This document shows, one piece after another, positions 38,212 through 48,909 of a stretch of 64,000 nucleotides of DNA. The notes beneath the pieces were generated by a model. It was not told the DNA's origin and did no database searches. It was given only the letters and a program-made list of their open reading frames with translations. The DNA is from Dehalococcoidia bacterium. GTDB lineage: Bacteria; Chloroflexota; Dehalococcoidia; GIF9; AB-539-J10. A program made the position numbers and the translations under genes. Every line of letters begins with the position of its first letter. Position 1 is the first letter of the stretch. The stretch is taken from the NCBI GenBank assembly GCA_030605765.1, contig JAUWHP010000033.1, positions 7,812 through 71,811 of the forward strand, given 5' to 3'.

Positions 38212-38502
38212 ATGAGTAAGTATGAATTGGTGACGGTGATTAGTCCTGAAATTGATGAAGGAAAAGCGTCCGAAACCACGGACAAAGTGAACCGGTTTAT
38301 TAGTGAGAGAGGAGGAGTTGTGGAAGAGAGCAAGCAGTGGGGACGAAAGAAGCTAGCTTATCCGATAAAACGGTTTATGGAGGCTGATTATACCTTGACT
38401 CTTTTTAAGTTAGAGCCAAAATTGCTTAAGGAATTTGAAGCAGATCTTAGAACTTCGGGAGAGATTTTGAGACATCTTGTGGTGAAAGTAGGAGAGGAAT
38501 AA
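38212..38502 (+). CDS. rpsF: 30S ribosomal protein S6
   Basis: YEL, WGRKKLAYPI, ILRHL. Confidence 0.98.
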   Translation: MSKYELVTVISPEIDEGKASETTDKVNRFISERGGVVEESKQWGRKKLAYPIKRFMEADYTLTLFKLEPKLLKEFEADLRTSGEILRHLVVKVGEE

Positions 38503-38892
38503 ATGGCAAGCTTAAACAAAGTCATTCTCATAGGCAATGTCGGTGCTGACCCTGAGATGCGATATACACCGGATGGCAACCCAGTCACTTCCTTTCGTGT
38601 GGCTACCAATTATCGTTATACTGGCGCCAATGATGAACCAAAGGAAGAGACAGAGTGGTTTAAGGTAATTGCGTGGCGTAAACTGGCTGAACAGTGCAAC
38701 CAATTCTTGGTTAAAGGACGCCAAGTTTATGTTGAGGGGAGATTACGTACCCGCAATTGGGAAGGGCAGGATGGGCAGAAGCGAGTTAGTGTTGAGGTAG
38801 TGGCAAACAGGGTAATTTTTCTTGGTAAACGGGCATTGACCTCTCTCCCCGAGGAGGGTGAACTTGAACCTGAGGATCTGCCTTTTAATTAA
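38503..38892 (+). CDS. ssb: Single-stranded DNA-binding protein
   Basis: NKVILIGN, VEGRL, acidic DLPF tail. Confidence 0.98.
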   Translation: MASLNKVILIGNVGADPEMRYTPDGNPVTSFRVATNYRYTGANDEPKEETEWFKVIAWRKLAEQCNQFLVKGRQVYVEGRLRTRNWEGQDGQKRVSVEVVANRVIFLGKRALTSLPEEGELEPEDLPFN

Positions 38893-38909
38893 TGTGAAGG
38901 AGTTGGAAA

Positions 38910-39200
38910 TTGGTTAACGCTGGAGAGATAAGGAAACCGAGAAATTTTGTTCGGAGACCAGCGGTTTGCCCTTTTTGCGCGGGGAAGGCGAGTATAGATT
39001 ATAAAAATGCCTCTGTTTTGTCGCAGTATATCTCCAGCCGCGGCAAAATCGGGTCGCGGCGGAGAACTAAGGCTTGTGCTAAACACCAACGGAAATTGGC
39101 ACAAGCCATAAAGAGAGCTCGATTTTTGGCCCTATTGCCTTATGCGCCAAGCCACATTTGGAAAACAGGTGGTGTAGGCTTGCATCGATTGATGTCTTAA
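38910..39200 (+). CDS. rpsR: 30S ribosomal protein S18
   Basis: [21 protein letters not shown]. Confidence 0.97.
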   Translation: MVNAGEIRKPRNFVRRPAVCPFCAGKASIDYKNASVLSQYISSRGKIGSRRRTKACAKHQRKLAQAIKRARFLALLPYAPSHIWKTGGVGLHRLMS

Positions 39201-39211
39201 ACTAACTGCAC

Positions 39212-39352
39212 ATGCCAAAGCGTACTTACCAGCCAAAAAAAATCCCTCGCAAGCGTAAATTGGGCTTCCGTGCTAGGCTGGCTACTCGTGGTGGCAGGAA
39301 AGTGCTTAAGGCAAGACGCCTTAAGGGGCGACGGAGGTTAACTCCAGTTTAG
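39212..39352 (+). CDS. rpmH: 50S ribosomal protein L34 (not in ORF track)
   Basis: Translated manually: [46 protein letters not shown]. Confidence 0.97.
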   Translation: MPKRTYQPKKIPRKRKLGFRARLATRGGRKVLKARRLKGRRRLTPV

Positions 39353-39362
39353 TTGTATCTTT

Positions 39363-39689
39363 ATGAAGGCACATTGGGCTTTAACCGAAAGAGCACAATA
39401 TGCGTTGGTTTACCAGAAGGGGAGCACATATATAGATAATTTAATTGTGATGAAAATATTGCCTAATGAGTTGGATTTAAGCAGGTACGGATTCTCAGTA
39501 ACTAAGAAAGTAGGCAAAGCGGTACAACGCAACCGATTGAAGCGGTTGCTTAGACAGATACTAAAGCTGCAACTGATAAAACCAGGGTGGGATATTGTCT
39601 TCATTGTTCGACGGCAAGCAGGTGCTGCTGGATACCATGAGTTAGAAAAGGCAATAACTAATTTATTAGGTCAAGCATGTTTACTATAG
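39363..39689 (+). CDS. rnpA: Ribonuclease P protein component
   Basis: SVTKKVGKAVQRNRLKR RNR motif. Confidence 0.96.
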   Translation: MKAHWALTERAQYALVYQKGSTYIDNLIVMKILPNELDLSRYGFSVTKKVGKAVQRNRLKRLLRQILKLQLIKPGWDIVFIVRRQAGAAGYHELEKAITNLLGQACLL

Positions 39690-39696
39690 GGAAGTA

Positions 39697-39906
39697 GTGA
39701 AGCAACTAGCGCTGAAGTTAATTAAACTATATCAGGCAACAGCATCAGAGGTTACTCCTCACTCTTGCCGCTTCCAACCTACATGTTCTCACTATGCCCA
39801 GGCTGCGATTGGGAGATATGGGCTTGGTAAAGGTAGTTGGCTAACACTTAAGCGATTAGCCCGCTGTAATCCATTTTTTGAGGGTGGCTATGATCCTGTG
39901 CCTTAG
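39697..39906 (+). CDS. yidD: Membrane protein insertion efficiency factor YidD
   Basis: CRFQPTCSHY, RCNPF, GYDPVP. Confidence 0.96.
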   Translation: MKQLALKLIKLYQATASEVTPHSCRFQPTCSHYAQAAIGRYGLGKGSWLTLKRLARCNPFFEGGYDPVP

Positions 39907-39928
39907 TTCGACGTTCTAGTGTATTGAA

Positions 39929-41134
39929 ATGAAGATCAAAATATTAATTGCGCTGGGCATTTTTTGCTTGCTTGTCTTAGGCGCTGGTGGTTGTATAGGA
40001 GGGCAAGCAAAACCTCAAGGGTTCTCTGGAGTTATGTCTGATGATGAGATTCTCTATTTAGGCTCTGTGGATGGCAAAATAATGGCGATAAGCCCTTCAG
40101 CACGAGATCAGGAGCTGGATTTCCCTTCCTTGTCTAATGGAGAATGGTCTTTCGCCTTTACTATGCCTTCTAAAGGTATGGCGTGTGGCAGTTCATCTGT
40201 ATCAATTGTCATATATGGCACACCTGTCATGGCAAATGGCCTGGTTTGTATTGGCATCTACAATGGAAAGGTGTTAATGATAAATCCTTCAGCTAGGAGT
40301 CAAAATTTGTCCTTCCCACAAGGAAGGAGTGGCGAGTGGTCTTACCCTAGAACGGACGATGCAATAGAGCCTATTGTGGGCAGTCCTGTGGTAGCCAATG
40401 ACACTATCTATGTGTGCAGCTCAGATAGTAGAGTCTATGCTTTGGATATGACTTATGGCGATGAAAAGTGGAGATCTGTCCCTCTGGATGGCAAGTTATG
40501 GACGACGCCACTGGTTGATGGAGATACTATATATGTGAGTACTTTTGATGGACATATCTATGCTTTGTCAATCAATGATGGTAGTTTATTACCCTGGGTT
40601 TTTGAGGCAAAGGTGGGATTTGCTTCGCCTCCAGAGATGTATAAAGGTACTATATTTGTAGGCTCCTTCGACCGCAACCTCTATGCAGTGAAAGTGGGTG
40701 ACGATAAACCGTTGTGGGAATTCACAGGTGGTAATTGGTTTTGGGCAACCCCTGTAGTTAGTGAAGATATTGTGTATGCTGGCTGCCTCGACGGTAAATT
40801 GTATGCCATCAGTAGCAAGACAGGTGAGGAATTATGGAGATTCGATGCTGGAAGCGGCATCGTTTCTTCACCGGTCATGACAGACGATTTGCTAGTGGTA
40901 ACCTGCGAATCTGGTGATGTATATCTTGTTAATGTGCAGACAGGTGAAGGCAGACGAATAAAAAATCCAGATGATCCCCAAAGTGCCGATAGACCATCCA
41001 TTGATGCTTCTATCCGAGGGCATCTTTGTGTGCTGGATGGTATAGTCTATATCGGTGCTCAAGATAATCGTCTCTACGCTGTAGATATTGACCGAGGGAA
41101 AATAGATTGGAAATTCCCCTTGGCTGTTGAATAA
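39929..41134 (+). CDS. PQQ-like (BamB-like) beta-propeller lipoprotein
   Basis: Lipobox-like LGAGGC; repeated SP.V...IYV.S.DG.LYA....G...W blades. Confidence 0.88.
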   Translation: MKIKILIALGIFCLLVLGAGGCIGGQAKPQGFSGVMSDDEILYLGSVDGKIMAISPSARDQELDFPSLSNGEWSFAFTMPSKGMACGSSSVSIVIYGTPVMANGLVCIGIYNGKVLMINPSARSQNLSFPQGRSGEWSYPRTDDAIEPIVGSPVVANDTIYVCSSDSRVYALDMTYGDEKWRSVPLDGKLWTTPLVDGDTIYVSTFDGHIYALSINDGSLLPWVFEAKVGFASPPEMYKGTIFVGSFDRNLYAVKVGDDKPLWEFTGGNWFWATPVVSEDIVYAGCLDGKLYAISSKTGEELWRFDAGSGIVSSPVMTDDLLVVTCESGDVYLVNVQTGEGRRIKNPDDPQSADRPSIDASIRGHLCVLDGIVYIGAQDNRLYAVDIDRGKIDWKFPLAVE

Positions 41135-41146
41135 AGGTTTCTAGAT

Positions 41147-41899
41147 ATGGTGAATTTATGGAATTTGATTATTCTTGACCCAATGCTTAATGGGTTGGTC
41201 GCTTTATCCAGTCTTTTGCCTGAAGAAGTAGAGTTTGGTCTGGCTATTATTATCCTTACCGTTGTGGTTCGCTTGATACTCATGCCTCTTACCTTAAGGC
41301 AACTGAATTCTACCAAAGCCTTGCAAAGTATGCAGCCCAAGATTCAGGAGCTGCAGAAGAAATACGGTAGGGATAAGCGAAAACTTCAGCAAGAAATGGC
41401 GAAAATCTATAAAGAGGCTGGTGTTAATCCTGCAGGTTGTATATGGCCTATGTTAATCCAGTTTCCTATCTGGATTGCTCTTTATCAATCCATTATGAGA
41501 GCCCTGGCTACTGCTCCGGAGAACTTGCTTGACTTATCCAGGCACCTTTATTCCTGGCAAATAGTGAATCAAGCAATTCCGTTAAACAGCTATTTCTTGG
41601 GGCTTAATCTGGGGCAGCAAAGTAGTAGTGCAGGAATTGGCGGTCTAATTTTAGCTATTCTAGTTGGTGCTACAATGTGGGTGCAGCAGAAAATGACGAC
41701 CGCGCCATCTGCTGACCCAAAACAGCAGTCCCAAAGTGGTATGATGTTGCTAATGATGCCGCTCATGTTTGGCATGTTTGCTTTGATGTTTCCTAGTGGC
41801 TTAGCCCTTTATTGGCTGGCTTCCAACGTGATTGGTGTCGTAACTCAGTATTTCATTGGTGGGGGTTGGGGTTATTTGGTATCTTCCTCTCACACGTAA
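41147..41899 (+). CDS. yidC: Membrane protein insertase YidC
   Basis: GLAIIILTVVVR, LIQFPIW, GLALYW. Confidence 0.97.
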   Translation: MVNLWNLIILDPMLNGLVALSSLLPEEVEFGLAIIILTVVVRLILMPLTLRQLNSTKALQSMQPKIQELQKKYGRDKRKLQQEMAKIYKEAGVNPAGCIWPMLIQFPIWIALYQSIMRALATAPENLLDLSRHLYSWQIVNQAIPLNSYFLGLNLGQQSSSAGIGGLILAILVGATMWVQQKMTTAPSADPKQQSQSGMMLLMMPLMFGMFALMFPSGLALYWLASNVIGVVTQYFIGGGWGYLVSSSHT

Positions 41900-41986
41900 T
41901 CAATGCCGAAACAGATGGGGGGAAAGCACACTAAAAGTAATGTTGTGTTGCACTGAGGCAAATTGCTGAAAGTGAGGACTTAAAAG

Positions 41987-42616
41987 ATGGAAGAGCTGGA
42001 GATAACTGCTGAAACAGTGGAACAAGCAACCAGAGAGGCAGAAAAGCAGCTAGGGGCAAATCGTGATCAAATTGAGATAGTAGTTATACGGGAGGGCAAG
42101 TCAGGACTTTTTGGGATTGGGAGTGAAGAGGCTGTAATTAAAATAAAAGCGTTAGCTAGGCCAGACAAAGACATTGAGGTGGCCATAGACGTGTTGGAAA
42201 CCTTGCTTAGGTTAATGGGGTTAGTGGGTGTGGTTAAAACATCACGTGACGAGATGCGGCTAATTCTGAATATTGAAGGTGATGACTTGGGCATCTTGAT
42301 TGGTAGGATGGGTCAGACTTTGGCTTGCTTGCAATATATCGTTAGACTCATAGTAGCTGGGCGGCTAAAGGACTGGTTGCCATTAAATGTTGATGTTTGT
42401 GGATATAAAAAACGCCGTTGTGATTCTTTGCGAGAGCTAGCCTTGAGGCTGGCGGGACAGGTGAAATTGAGGCGCCGTTCTGTGACCCTTGAACCAATGC
42501 CGCCCGCTGAACGTCGTGTTATTCATTTAGCTTTAACCAATCATCCTGATGTCATTACTCACAGCATAGGGGAAGGTACAAGCAGAAAAATTGTCATTTC
42601 GTTGAAAAGAAGCTGA
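41987..42616 (+). CDS. jag: Jag/KhpB RNA-binding protein
   Basis: Jag_N, KH LIGRMG, R3H ERRVIH. Confidence 0.95.
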   Translation: MEELEITAETVEQATREAEKQLGANRDQIEIVVIREGKSGLFGIGSEEAVIKIKALARPDKDIEVAIDVLETLLRLMGLVGVVKTSRDEMRLILNIEGDDLGILIGRMGQTLACLQYIVRLIVAGRLKDWLPLNVDVCGYKKRRCDSLRELALRLAGQVKLRRRSVTLEPMPPAERRVIHLALTNHPDVITHSIGEGTSRKIVISLKRS

Positions 42617-42619
42617 TCC

Positions 42620-45600
42620 ATGTTCCACAAGGTGAGTAGTAAACCAAATTTTCCTGGAATAGAGCAGCATATCCTTCATTTTTGGAGCGAGCATGACATT
42701 TTTAATAAAAGTGTAAAAGCGAGACAAGGAGCACCGCATTTTGCCTTCTATGAAGGCCCTCCTACAGCTAATGGTAGCCCAGGGATTCACCATGTACTGG
42801 CTCGACTGTTCAAGGATATTGTTTGCCGCTACAAGACAATGAAAGGTTACCATGTACCACGCAAGGCGGGATGGGATACCCATGGACTGCCTGTAGAGCT
42901 CGAAATAGAGAGTTCTCTTGGTTTCAGCAACAAGACTGAAATTGAGAAATATGGTGTAGCTCAATTCAATCAGAAGTGCCGGGAAAGTGTCTTTCAATAC
43001 ATCAGGGAATGGGAAGCTAACACTGAACGCATCGGTTATTGGTTAGATATGAAACATCCTTATACAACTTGGGATAATGGCTATATTGAATCTTGCTGGT
43101 GGATAGTGAAAGAACTATGGGATAAAGGTCTTGTTTATCAAGGCTATAAGGTAACGCCACATTGCCCTAGATGTGGCACTTCACTCAGTTCCCACGAGGT
43201 AGCTCTGGGCTACCGAGATGATGCTGAGGACCCTTCAGTTTACATAAAGTTTAGACTGCATATTCCTTCGTTGTTGAAGCGGGACTCGGCTCTTTGCTCT
43301 ATTCTTGAACCTTCGTCTTTGCTTGAGAAACCTGCTTATTTTCTTGTCTGGACAACTACTCCTTGGACTTTGCCTGGCAATACTGCTTTGGCAATAGCCC
43401 CTAATGCTGAATACAGTGTAATGGAAGGGGAGCAGGATTACCTCATTCTAGCTAAAGAACTTACGGGGCAAATTGAACTTGTGGACTATAAGGAATTGGC
43501 TATTATATCAGGAAAAGCTCTTCTCTATCTTGAATACGAACCTTTGTTTAATCCGCATGATTTTGTTGTAGACCGTAAAACCTTGCCTTCTCTAAATATG
43601 CAAGTAGCAAAGGAGGATTTGACCTATCCGGTGATTGGCGCTAATTTTGTCTCCTTGAAGGAAGGTACAGGCATTGTTCATATGGCTCCTGCTTTTGGTG
43701 AGGTTGACTTCGACGTGGGAATGGACAAAGGACTTGATTTCGTTCAGCCTGTGGACTTAGAGGGGAAAATCACTGGCACGTACCCCTTTGCCGGCAAGTT
43801 TGTTAAGGATGCTGACCCTTTTGTTCTTGATAACCTTAAATCGCGTGGTTTGCTTTACCACAGTGAGAAAATTATTCACACCTATCCGTTTTGCTGGAGA
43901 TGCGGTGCGCCTGTTCTCTACTATGCCAAGAGGGCGTGGTACATCAAGACGACGGCAGTAAAGGACAAGCTTATTTCTGGAAATGAGGATATAAATTGGT
44001 ATCCAAATCACATTAAGTACGGCCGTTTTGGTGATTGGTTAGAAAGCAATGTTGATTGGGCTTTTTCCAGAGAGAGGTATTGGGGGACTCCCCTTAACAT
44101 TTGGCACTGTTCTTCCTGTGACAACTATGAATGTGTTGGCAGCATTGGCGAATTAAAGGCGAAGCCAAATCTTAGTGGCTTAGATGTGCTTTTAGATCTG
44201 CATCGCCCTTATGTAGATAAGGTTACTTTTGGTTGCCCTAAATGCGGGGGCGAGTTACAGCGTGTTCCCGAAGTAGTTGATTGTTGGCTTGATTCAGGCG
44301 CCATGCCTATAGCCCAATGGCATTACCCTTTCGAGAATAAAGATCAATTTGAGCAAAACTTTCCTGCTGATTTTATTTGTGAAGCTATTGACCAGACGCG
44401 GGGATGGTTCTATAGCTTGCACGCCATATCTATCTTGCTGTTTGAGAGGCCTTGCTTTAGAAATGTGATTTGCCTGGGACATGTTGTTGATGCGCATGGT
44501 GAGAAGATGAGTAAAAGCAAAGGCAATGTAATCGATGCTGGAGCAGTGATTAATGAATATGGTGCGGATGCTCTCCGTTGGTATTTATTGACTTGTGCGC
44601 CAGCGGAAAATATTCATCACTTCTCTATCCGAATGCTTACTGAGACCATACGGAAAGTTCTGCTCACTTTGTGGAATATTTATTCTTTTTTTACTCTCTA
44701 TGCCAACATCGATCATTTTGTTCCCCAGCCTTCAGCTTCACTATCCTTTACTGAACTGGATAATTGGATTACCTCGGAGCTTAATCTACTTATAGCTGAG
44801 GTAACTAAAGCACTAGATGCTTATGAGCCTGTATCAGCGGCGCGCCATATCCAAGGCTTTGTCGATAAACTTTCCAATTGGTATGTGAGACGTAATCGCC
44901 GGCGATTCTGGAAAAGTGAGAGCGATGCTGATAAGCTAGCAGCTTATACCACATTGTATCAGTGTTTGGTGGTCTTATCTCAACTTTTGGCTCCCTTCAC
45001 CCCATTTATTGCAGAGGAACTTTATCAAAATCTGCTTCGTTCTGTTGACACTAAAGCTAAAGAGAGCGTACACCTAACTGATTTCCCTGTAGTTGATAAG
45101 GCTAAAATAGATGATAAACTGAATCGCGAAATTGATCTAATTAGGAGAATATCGAGTTTGGGTAGGGCAGCACGGGCGAAGGCAAGAATTAAAGTACGCC
45201 AGCCCTTGGCAAAGGTTGTAGTCAAGGTGGAATCTGAAGAAGAAACAGAGGTTTTAATCAAATTGGCCGCCGAAATAAAAGAAGAGATAAATGTCAAAAA
45301 TATGGATTTTTCCCTTGAGGAATCTTTTTTGGATGCACCTGGCTACAGCGTGGCTGCTGATGGCCGGTATTGGGTAGCCATAAACACTGAATTGACCCCC
45401 GAGCTGGTTGCAGAGGGAATAAGTAGGGAAATCGTGCGGCACCTGCAGGTTATGCGCCGCTCTGCTAACTTCGACGTTGCTGAATATATCGTTGCTTATT
45501 ACCAGGCAGCAGACTCGGTTGAACAGGTTATGACTGATTTTGCAGATTATATCAAGCGGGAAACGTTATCTCGGGAACTTATTGATGGCCTTCCGCCTCA

Positions 45601-45670
45601 TGGGTCTTACACTGAAAAGCATCGTATTTCAGGCAGCGATATTTTGCTGGCGGTTAAGCAAGTGAATTAA
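42620..45670 (+). CDS. ileS: Isoleucine--tRNA ligase, type 2
   Basis: GPPTANG.PGIHH, GWDTHGLPVE, WTTTPWT, KMSKS, type-2 C-terminus. Confidence 0.98.
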   Translation: MFHKVSSKPNFPGIEQHILHFWSEHDIFNKSVKARQGAPHFAFYEGPPTANGSPGIHHVLARLFKDIVCRYKTMKGYHVPRKAGWDTHGLPVELEIESSLGFSNKTEIEKYGVAQFNQKCRESVFQYIREWEANTERIGYWLDMKHPYTTWDNGYIESCWWIVKELWDKGLVYQGYKVTPHCPRCGTSLSSHEVALGYRDDAEDPSVYIKFRLHIPSLLKRDSALCSILEPSSLLEKPAYFLVWTTTPWTLPGNTALAIAPNAEYSVMEGEQDYLILAKELTGQIELVDYKELAIISGKALLYLEYEPLFNPHDFVVDRKTLPSLNMQVAKEDLTYPVIGANFVSLKEGTGIVHMAPAFGEVDFDVGMDKGLDFVQPVDLEGKITGTYPFAGKFVKDADPFVLDNLKSRGLLYHSEKIIHTYPFCWRCGAPVLYYAKRAWYIKTTAVKDKLISGNEDINWYPNHIKYGRFGDWLESNVDWAFSRERYWGTPLNIWHCSSCDNYECVGSIGELKAKPNLSGLDVLLDLHRPYVDKVTFGCPKCGGELQRVPEVVDCWLDSGAMPIAQWHYPFENKDQFEQNFPADFICEAIDQTRGWFYSLHAISILLFERPCFRNVICLGHVVDAHGEKMSKSKGNVIDAGAVINEYGADALRWYLLTCAPAENIHHFSIRMLTETIRKVLLTLWNIYSFFTLYANIDHFVPQPSASLSFTELDNWITSELNLLIAEVTKALDAYEPVSAARHIQGFVDKLSNWYVRRNRRRFWKSESDADKLAAYTTLYQCLVVLSQLLAPFTPFIAEELYQNLLRSVDTKAKESVHLTDFPVVDKAKIDDKLNREIDLIRRISSLGRAARAKARIKVRQPLAKVVVKVESEEETEVLIKLAAEIKEEINVKNMDFSLEESFLDAPGYSVAADGRYWVAINTELTPELVAEGISREIVRHLQVMRRSANFDVAEYIVAYYQAADSVEQVMTDFADYIKRETLSRELIDGLPPHGSYTEKHRISGSDILLAVKQVN

Positions 45671-46806
45671 TCTGGAGGCGGTGGACTTTCCTGTAGTTGC
45701 GCCCAGGTTGTCTTGGTATCTGTACCTCTGACAAAGGCTATCTTTACCCGCTGGTCAGTTTGGCACGTAAGTATAGCTTGGATAAGATCTTCTTTTGTGT
45801 CTATTTTTTTCTCGTCGAAGCGGATGATGACATCTCTCTCTTTTAGTCCGGCAGCTTCGGCTGGGCTACCGCTAACCACTTCTACAATAAGCACCCCTTT
45901 CTCAACAGAAAGGTTGTTCACCGCGGCTATGAAGGAATCCACAGTATATAATGCTACGCCTAGCCATGGGCGCGTTACATAACCCTGGTGGATTAAAGCT
46001 TCAATAATGGGCTTAGCACTGTTTATACTTATGGCGTAGCCCATGCCTTCTATCCCGGTTGCAGCTATTTTAACACTGGTTATGCCTACGATTTCACCTG
46101 ATATGTTTACCAGCGGGCCACCACTGTTACCAGGATTGATAGCTGTGGTGGTTTGGATTAAACCTGAAAGGCTGTTTCCTTGAACGGTCACTGAGACATT
46201 TAAGCGGCTGACGATCCCTTCGCTAGCTGATATTCCTTGTCCCAGGGCATTGCCGATGGCCACTACCCAATCACCTATGACAAGCAGGTCTGAATCACCA
46301 AGGCGAGCATAAGGCAAATCTGCTGCCTTGATCTGGAGCACTGCTAAATCAGTTAGAGCATCGGTGCCTACTGTGTTGGCGGGGAAAGTCCTGCCGTCAG
46401 CTAGTTTCACTTGTACACTCTCAGCATTTTGCACTACATGATTATTGGTAACAATATATCCCTCATATTTTTCCTCACTGCGGATTAGGAATCCAGAGCC
46501 GGCAGCAGTTTGCTTGTGTTCTTCCTGGAAAATATCATACACTACTATCTCGGTGGTAACAGAGACTACGGAGGGCATTGCCTCCCTAACGACGCTGGCA
46601 ATATCAGGTAGTGGCTGAGCTGTCTGGCTGTTCTCTGAAGGAAATGTCCACTCAGGGTTGGTGTATTCACTCGAGTTACTGGGTGGAGGTGAAGTGGGTA
46701 GAGATGGAGTAGGTGACCACGGTAATGCTAAAGAGCAAGCGCTGGAGCCTAATGTTAGGCTTAGTAGCGCTAATGCCATAAGGATATTTTTGATTTTCTT
46801 TAGCAT
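45667..46806 (-). CDS. HtrA/DegP-family serine protease lipoprotein with PDZ domain
   Basis: LGSSAC lipobox, TNNHVV, DLAVL, GNSGGPL, PDZ. Confidence 0.95.
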   Translation of the reverse strand: MLKKIKNILMALALLSLTLGSSACSLALPWSPTPSLPTSPPPSNSSEYTNPEWTFPSENSQTAQPLPDIASVVREAMPSVVSVTTEIVVYDIFQEEHKQTAAGSGFLIRSEEKYEGYIVTNNHVVQNAESVQVKLADGRTFPANTVGTDALTDLAVLQIKAADLPYARLGDSDLLVIGDWVVAIGNALGQGISASEGIVSRLNVSVTVQGNSLSGLIQTTTAINPGNSGGPLVNISGEIVGITSVKIAATGIEGMGYAISINSAKPIIEALIHQGYVTRPWLGVALYTVDSFIAAVNNLSVEKGVLIVEVVSGSPAEAAGLKERDVIIRFDEKKIDTKEDLIQAILTCQTDQRVKIAFVRGTDTKTTWAQLQESPPPPD

Positions 46807-46882
46807 TTTGCCTGCACGGTTCAATTATATCACTGTTGCTGTTATCTGAGAATTGGGGTAGTTAGCGCGGCTCATAGTTCAT

Positions 46883-47112
46883 TCATTTGCATTTCTGCCT
46901 CAAAGAGCCAATCAAGTCAATTTCAACTGCGTGTTTCGCTCTTGCTATTGCCTTATTTACCTGTTGTACTTGGTTAACTCTTCCTTCAAGATTTCTATTG
47001 GCCCAACCAGTATAATTGCTGCATCTCCGTTTTGAGCAGCTATGGCTGCTCCCTTGATTATTTCATCCGGGGCATAATCACCACCCATCGTATCCTCTGC
47101 TATCCTTACCAT
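46883..47112 (-). pseudogene. plsX: plsX pseudogene with large internal deletion
   Basis: MVRIAEDTMGGDYAPDEIIKGA...ILVG (47112-46957) followed out of frame by KAIARAKHAVEIDLIGSL, resembling the PlsX C-terminal helix. Confidence 0.85.
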
Positions 47113-47369
47113 TTGCTAACACGAGTTAGGGGAACATACCTCCCTCTTGCAATTTCAGATTAATAGCTAGCCATTGAACAGTATCTCAGCTATATGAATC
47201 TTTTTCCTTCTTTAGTAATTATTATGGAATATTATATATGCTTCTCGTTTGTAAAGCGGCAAAGAAAGGATGTCTCAATAATCTATTGAATGGGAAGTGG
47301 CTGAAATTTCCGGGAGTATTTAGCAAGTAGTGAAATTATGTCTGTATGAGTGTAGGGTGGTTGTATTTA

Positions 47370-47409
47370 GGAATGACACCAGAGCAGTCCAGTGCTCCGG
47401 TGTCATTCC
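47370..47409 (-). terminator. 17-bp hairpin immediately downstream of trpB2
   Basis: GGAATGACACCAGAGCA-GTCCAG-TGCTCCGGTGTCATTCC; the single A-C mismatch is G-U on the minus strand. Confidence 0.7.
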
Positions 47410-47418
47410 CTTTTTTCC

Positions 47419-48783
47419 TCAACCTACCTTTGGTAGTTGAGCTAGTGCTTCCTCTATCTTCTCGGTCGGATACTCGTAGTCTTGCAGCTTGCCTGAGAGA
47501 TAGGCATCATAAGCAGCCATATCGACATGTCCATGTCCGCTGTGAGCCAGCAGTATGGTTTTTGACTCGCCAGATTCTTTGCACTTGAGGGCTTCGTCAA
47601 TAACCACCTTGATGGCGTGGTTTGGCTCTGGAGCGCTGATAATGCCCTGGGTACGGGCAAAAGTTACACCAGCCTCAAAGGTAGCCAGCTGGTGCTCAGC
47701 TCTAGCTTCAACGAACCCTAATTTACAGAGATGACATATGATAGGTGCCATCCCATGGTAACGTAAACCACCAGCGTGAATTGGAGGCGGAATAAAACCA
47801 TGCCCCAGGGTAAACATCTTAATTATGGGAGCGAGGCCAGCTTCATCGCCAAAATCATAGGCATAGGGCCCCTTTGTCACGCTAGGGCAGCTTGCGGGCT
47901 CTACATTGATGATACGTAGACTTGGTTTCATTCCATCGAGTTTATCTTTGACAAAGGGCAAATATAGCCCAGCGAAGTTTGAACCACCTCCGATACAGCC
48001 CACAATAATATCTGGATAGGCATTTGCTTTCTCCATCAGTTTCTTTGCCTCCAGGCCGTTAACGGTTTGATGCAGCAGAACATGGTTAAGCACGCTACCT
48101 ATAGCATAGTGAGTGTCATCGTGAGAAACGGTATCCTCTACTGCTTCACTAATAGCAAGTCCTAAGCTACCTGGACAATCAGGGTCCTTTGCCAGCATGT
48201 CTCGTCCTGCCTTGGTATCCGAGCTGGGGCTGGGTATACATTTGGCTCCCCATGTCTCCATCATGATGCGGCGATATGGCTTCTGGTTGTAGCTAATCTT
48301 GACCATATAAACCTTAATTTCAAGGTTGAAGCAAGCACCGCCGAAGGACAAAGCGCTCCCCCACTGACCAGCGCCAGTCTCTGTGACCATACGTTTAACC
48401 CCTTCTTGCTTGTTGTAATAAGCCTGGGCTACAGCAGTGTTAGGTTTGTGGCTTCCAGGAGGGCTGGTTCCCTCGTATTTGTAGAATATCTTGGCTGGCG
48501 TATCCAAGGCTTTCTCCAATCTGTGTGCTCGATATAGAGTTGTGGGCCTCCATAGTCTGTAGATATCCCGCACCTCGTCGGGGATTTCGATCCAGCGCTC
48601 AGTGCTTACCTCTTGCTTGATTAACTCCATAGGGAATAAGGGAGCTAGATCCTCAGGCTTTAATGGTTTTCCTGTAGCTGGATGCAAAGCCGCTGGTAGT
48701 GGCTCTGGCAAATCTGCCTGAATGTTGTACCAGTATCGTGGTATTTCCTCTTCATCTAAAGTAAACTTTGTTCTCTTATCCAT
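47419..48783 (-). CDS. trpB: Tryptophan synthase beta chain, TrpB2 type
   Basis: [30 protein letters not shown]; 454 aa, no trpA adjacent. Confidence 0.95.
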   Translation of the reverse strand: MDKRTKFTLDEEEIPRYWYNIQADLPEPLPAALHPATGKPLKPEDLAPLFPMELIKQEVSTERWIEIPDEVRDIYRLWRPTTLYRAHRLEKALDTPAKIFYKYEGTSPPGSHKPNTAVAQAYYNKQEGVKRMVTETGAGQWGSALSFGGACFNLEIKVYMVKISYNQKPYRRIMMETWGAKCIPSPSSDTKAGRDMLAKDPDCPGSLGLAISEAVEDTVSHDDTHYAIGSVLNHVLLHQTVNGLEAKKLMEKANAYPDIIVGCIGGGSNFAGLYLPFVKDKLDGMKPSLRIINVEPASCPSVTKGPYAYDFGDEAGLAPIIKMFTLGHGFIPPPIHAGGLRYHGMAPIICHLCKLGFVEARAEHQLATFEAGVTFARTQGIISAPEPNHAIKVVIDEALKCKESGESKTILLAHSGHGHVDMAAYDAYLSGKLQDYEYPTEKIEEALAQLPKVG

Positions 48784-48909
48784 TTGCGTGTCTCCTTTCT
48801 TGTTTTTTTAATTGTTTTTAATTTTCAACCTTTACGTTTTAATACTGATATTTGCCCCCGTGGGGGCCATGTTCTTAATATGTTAAACATATTTATTACC
48901 TCCAATAAC

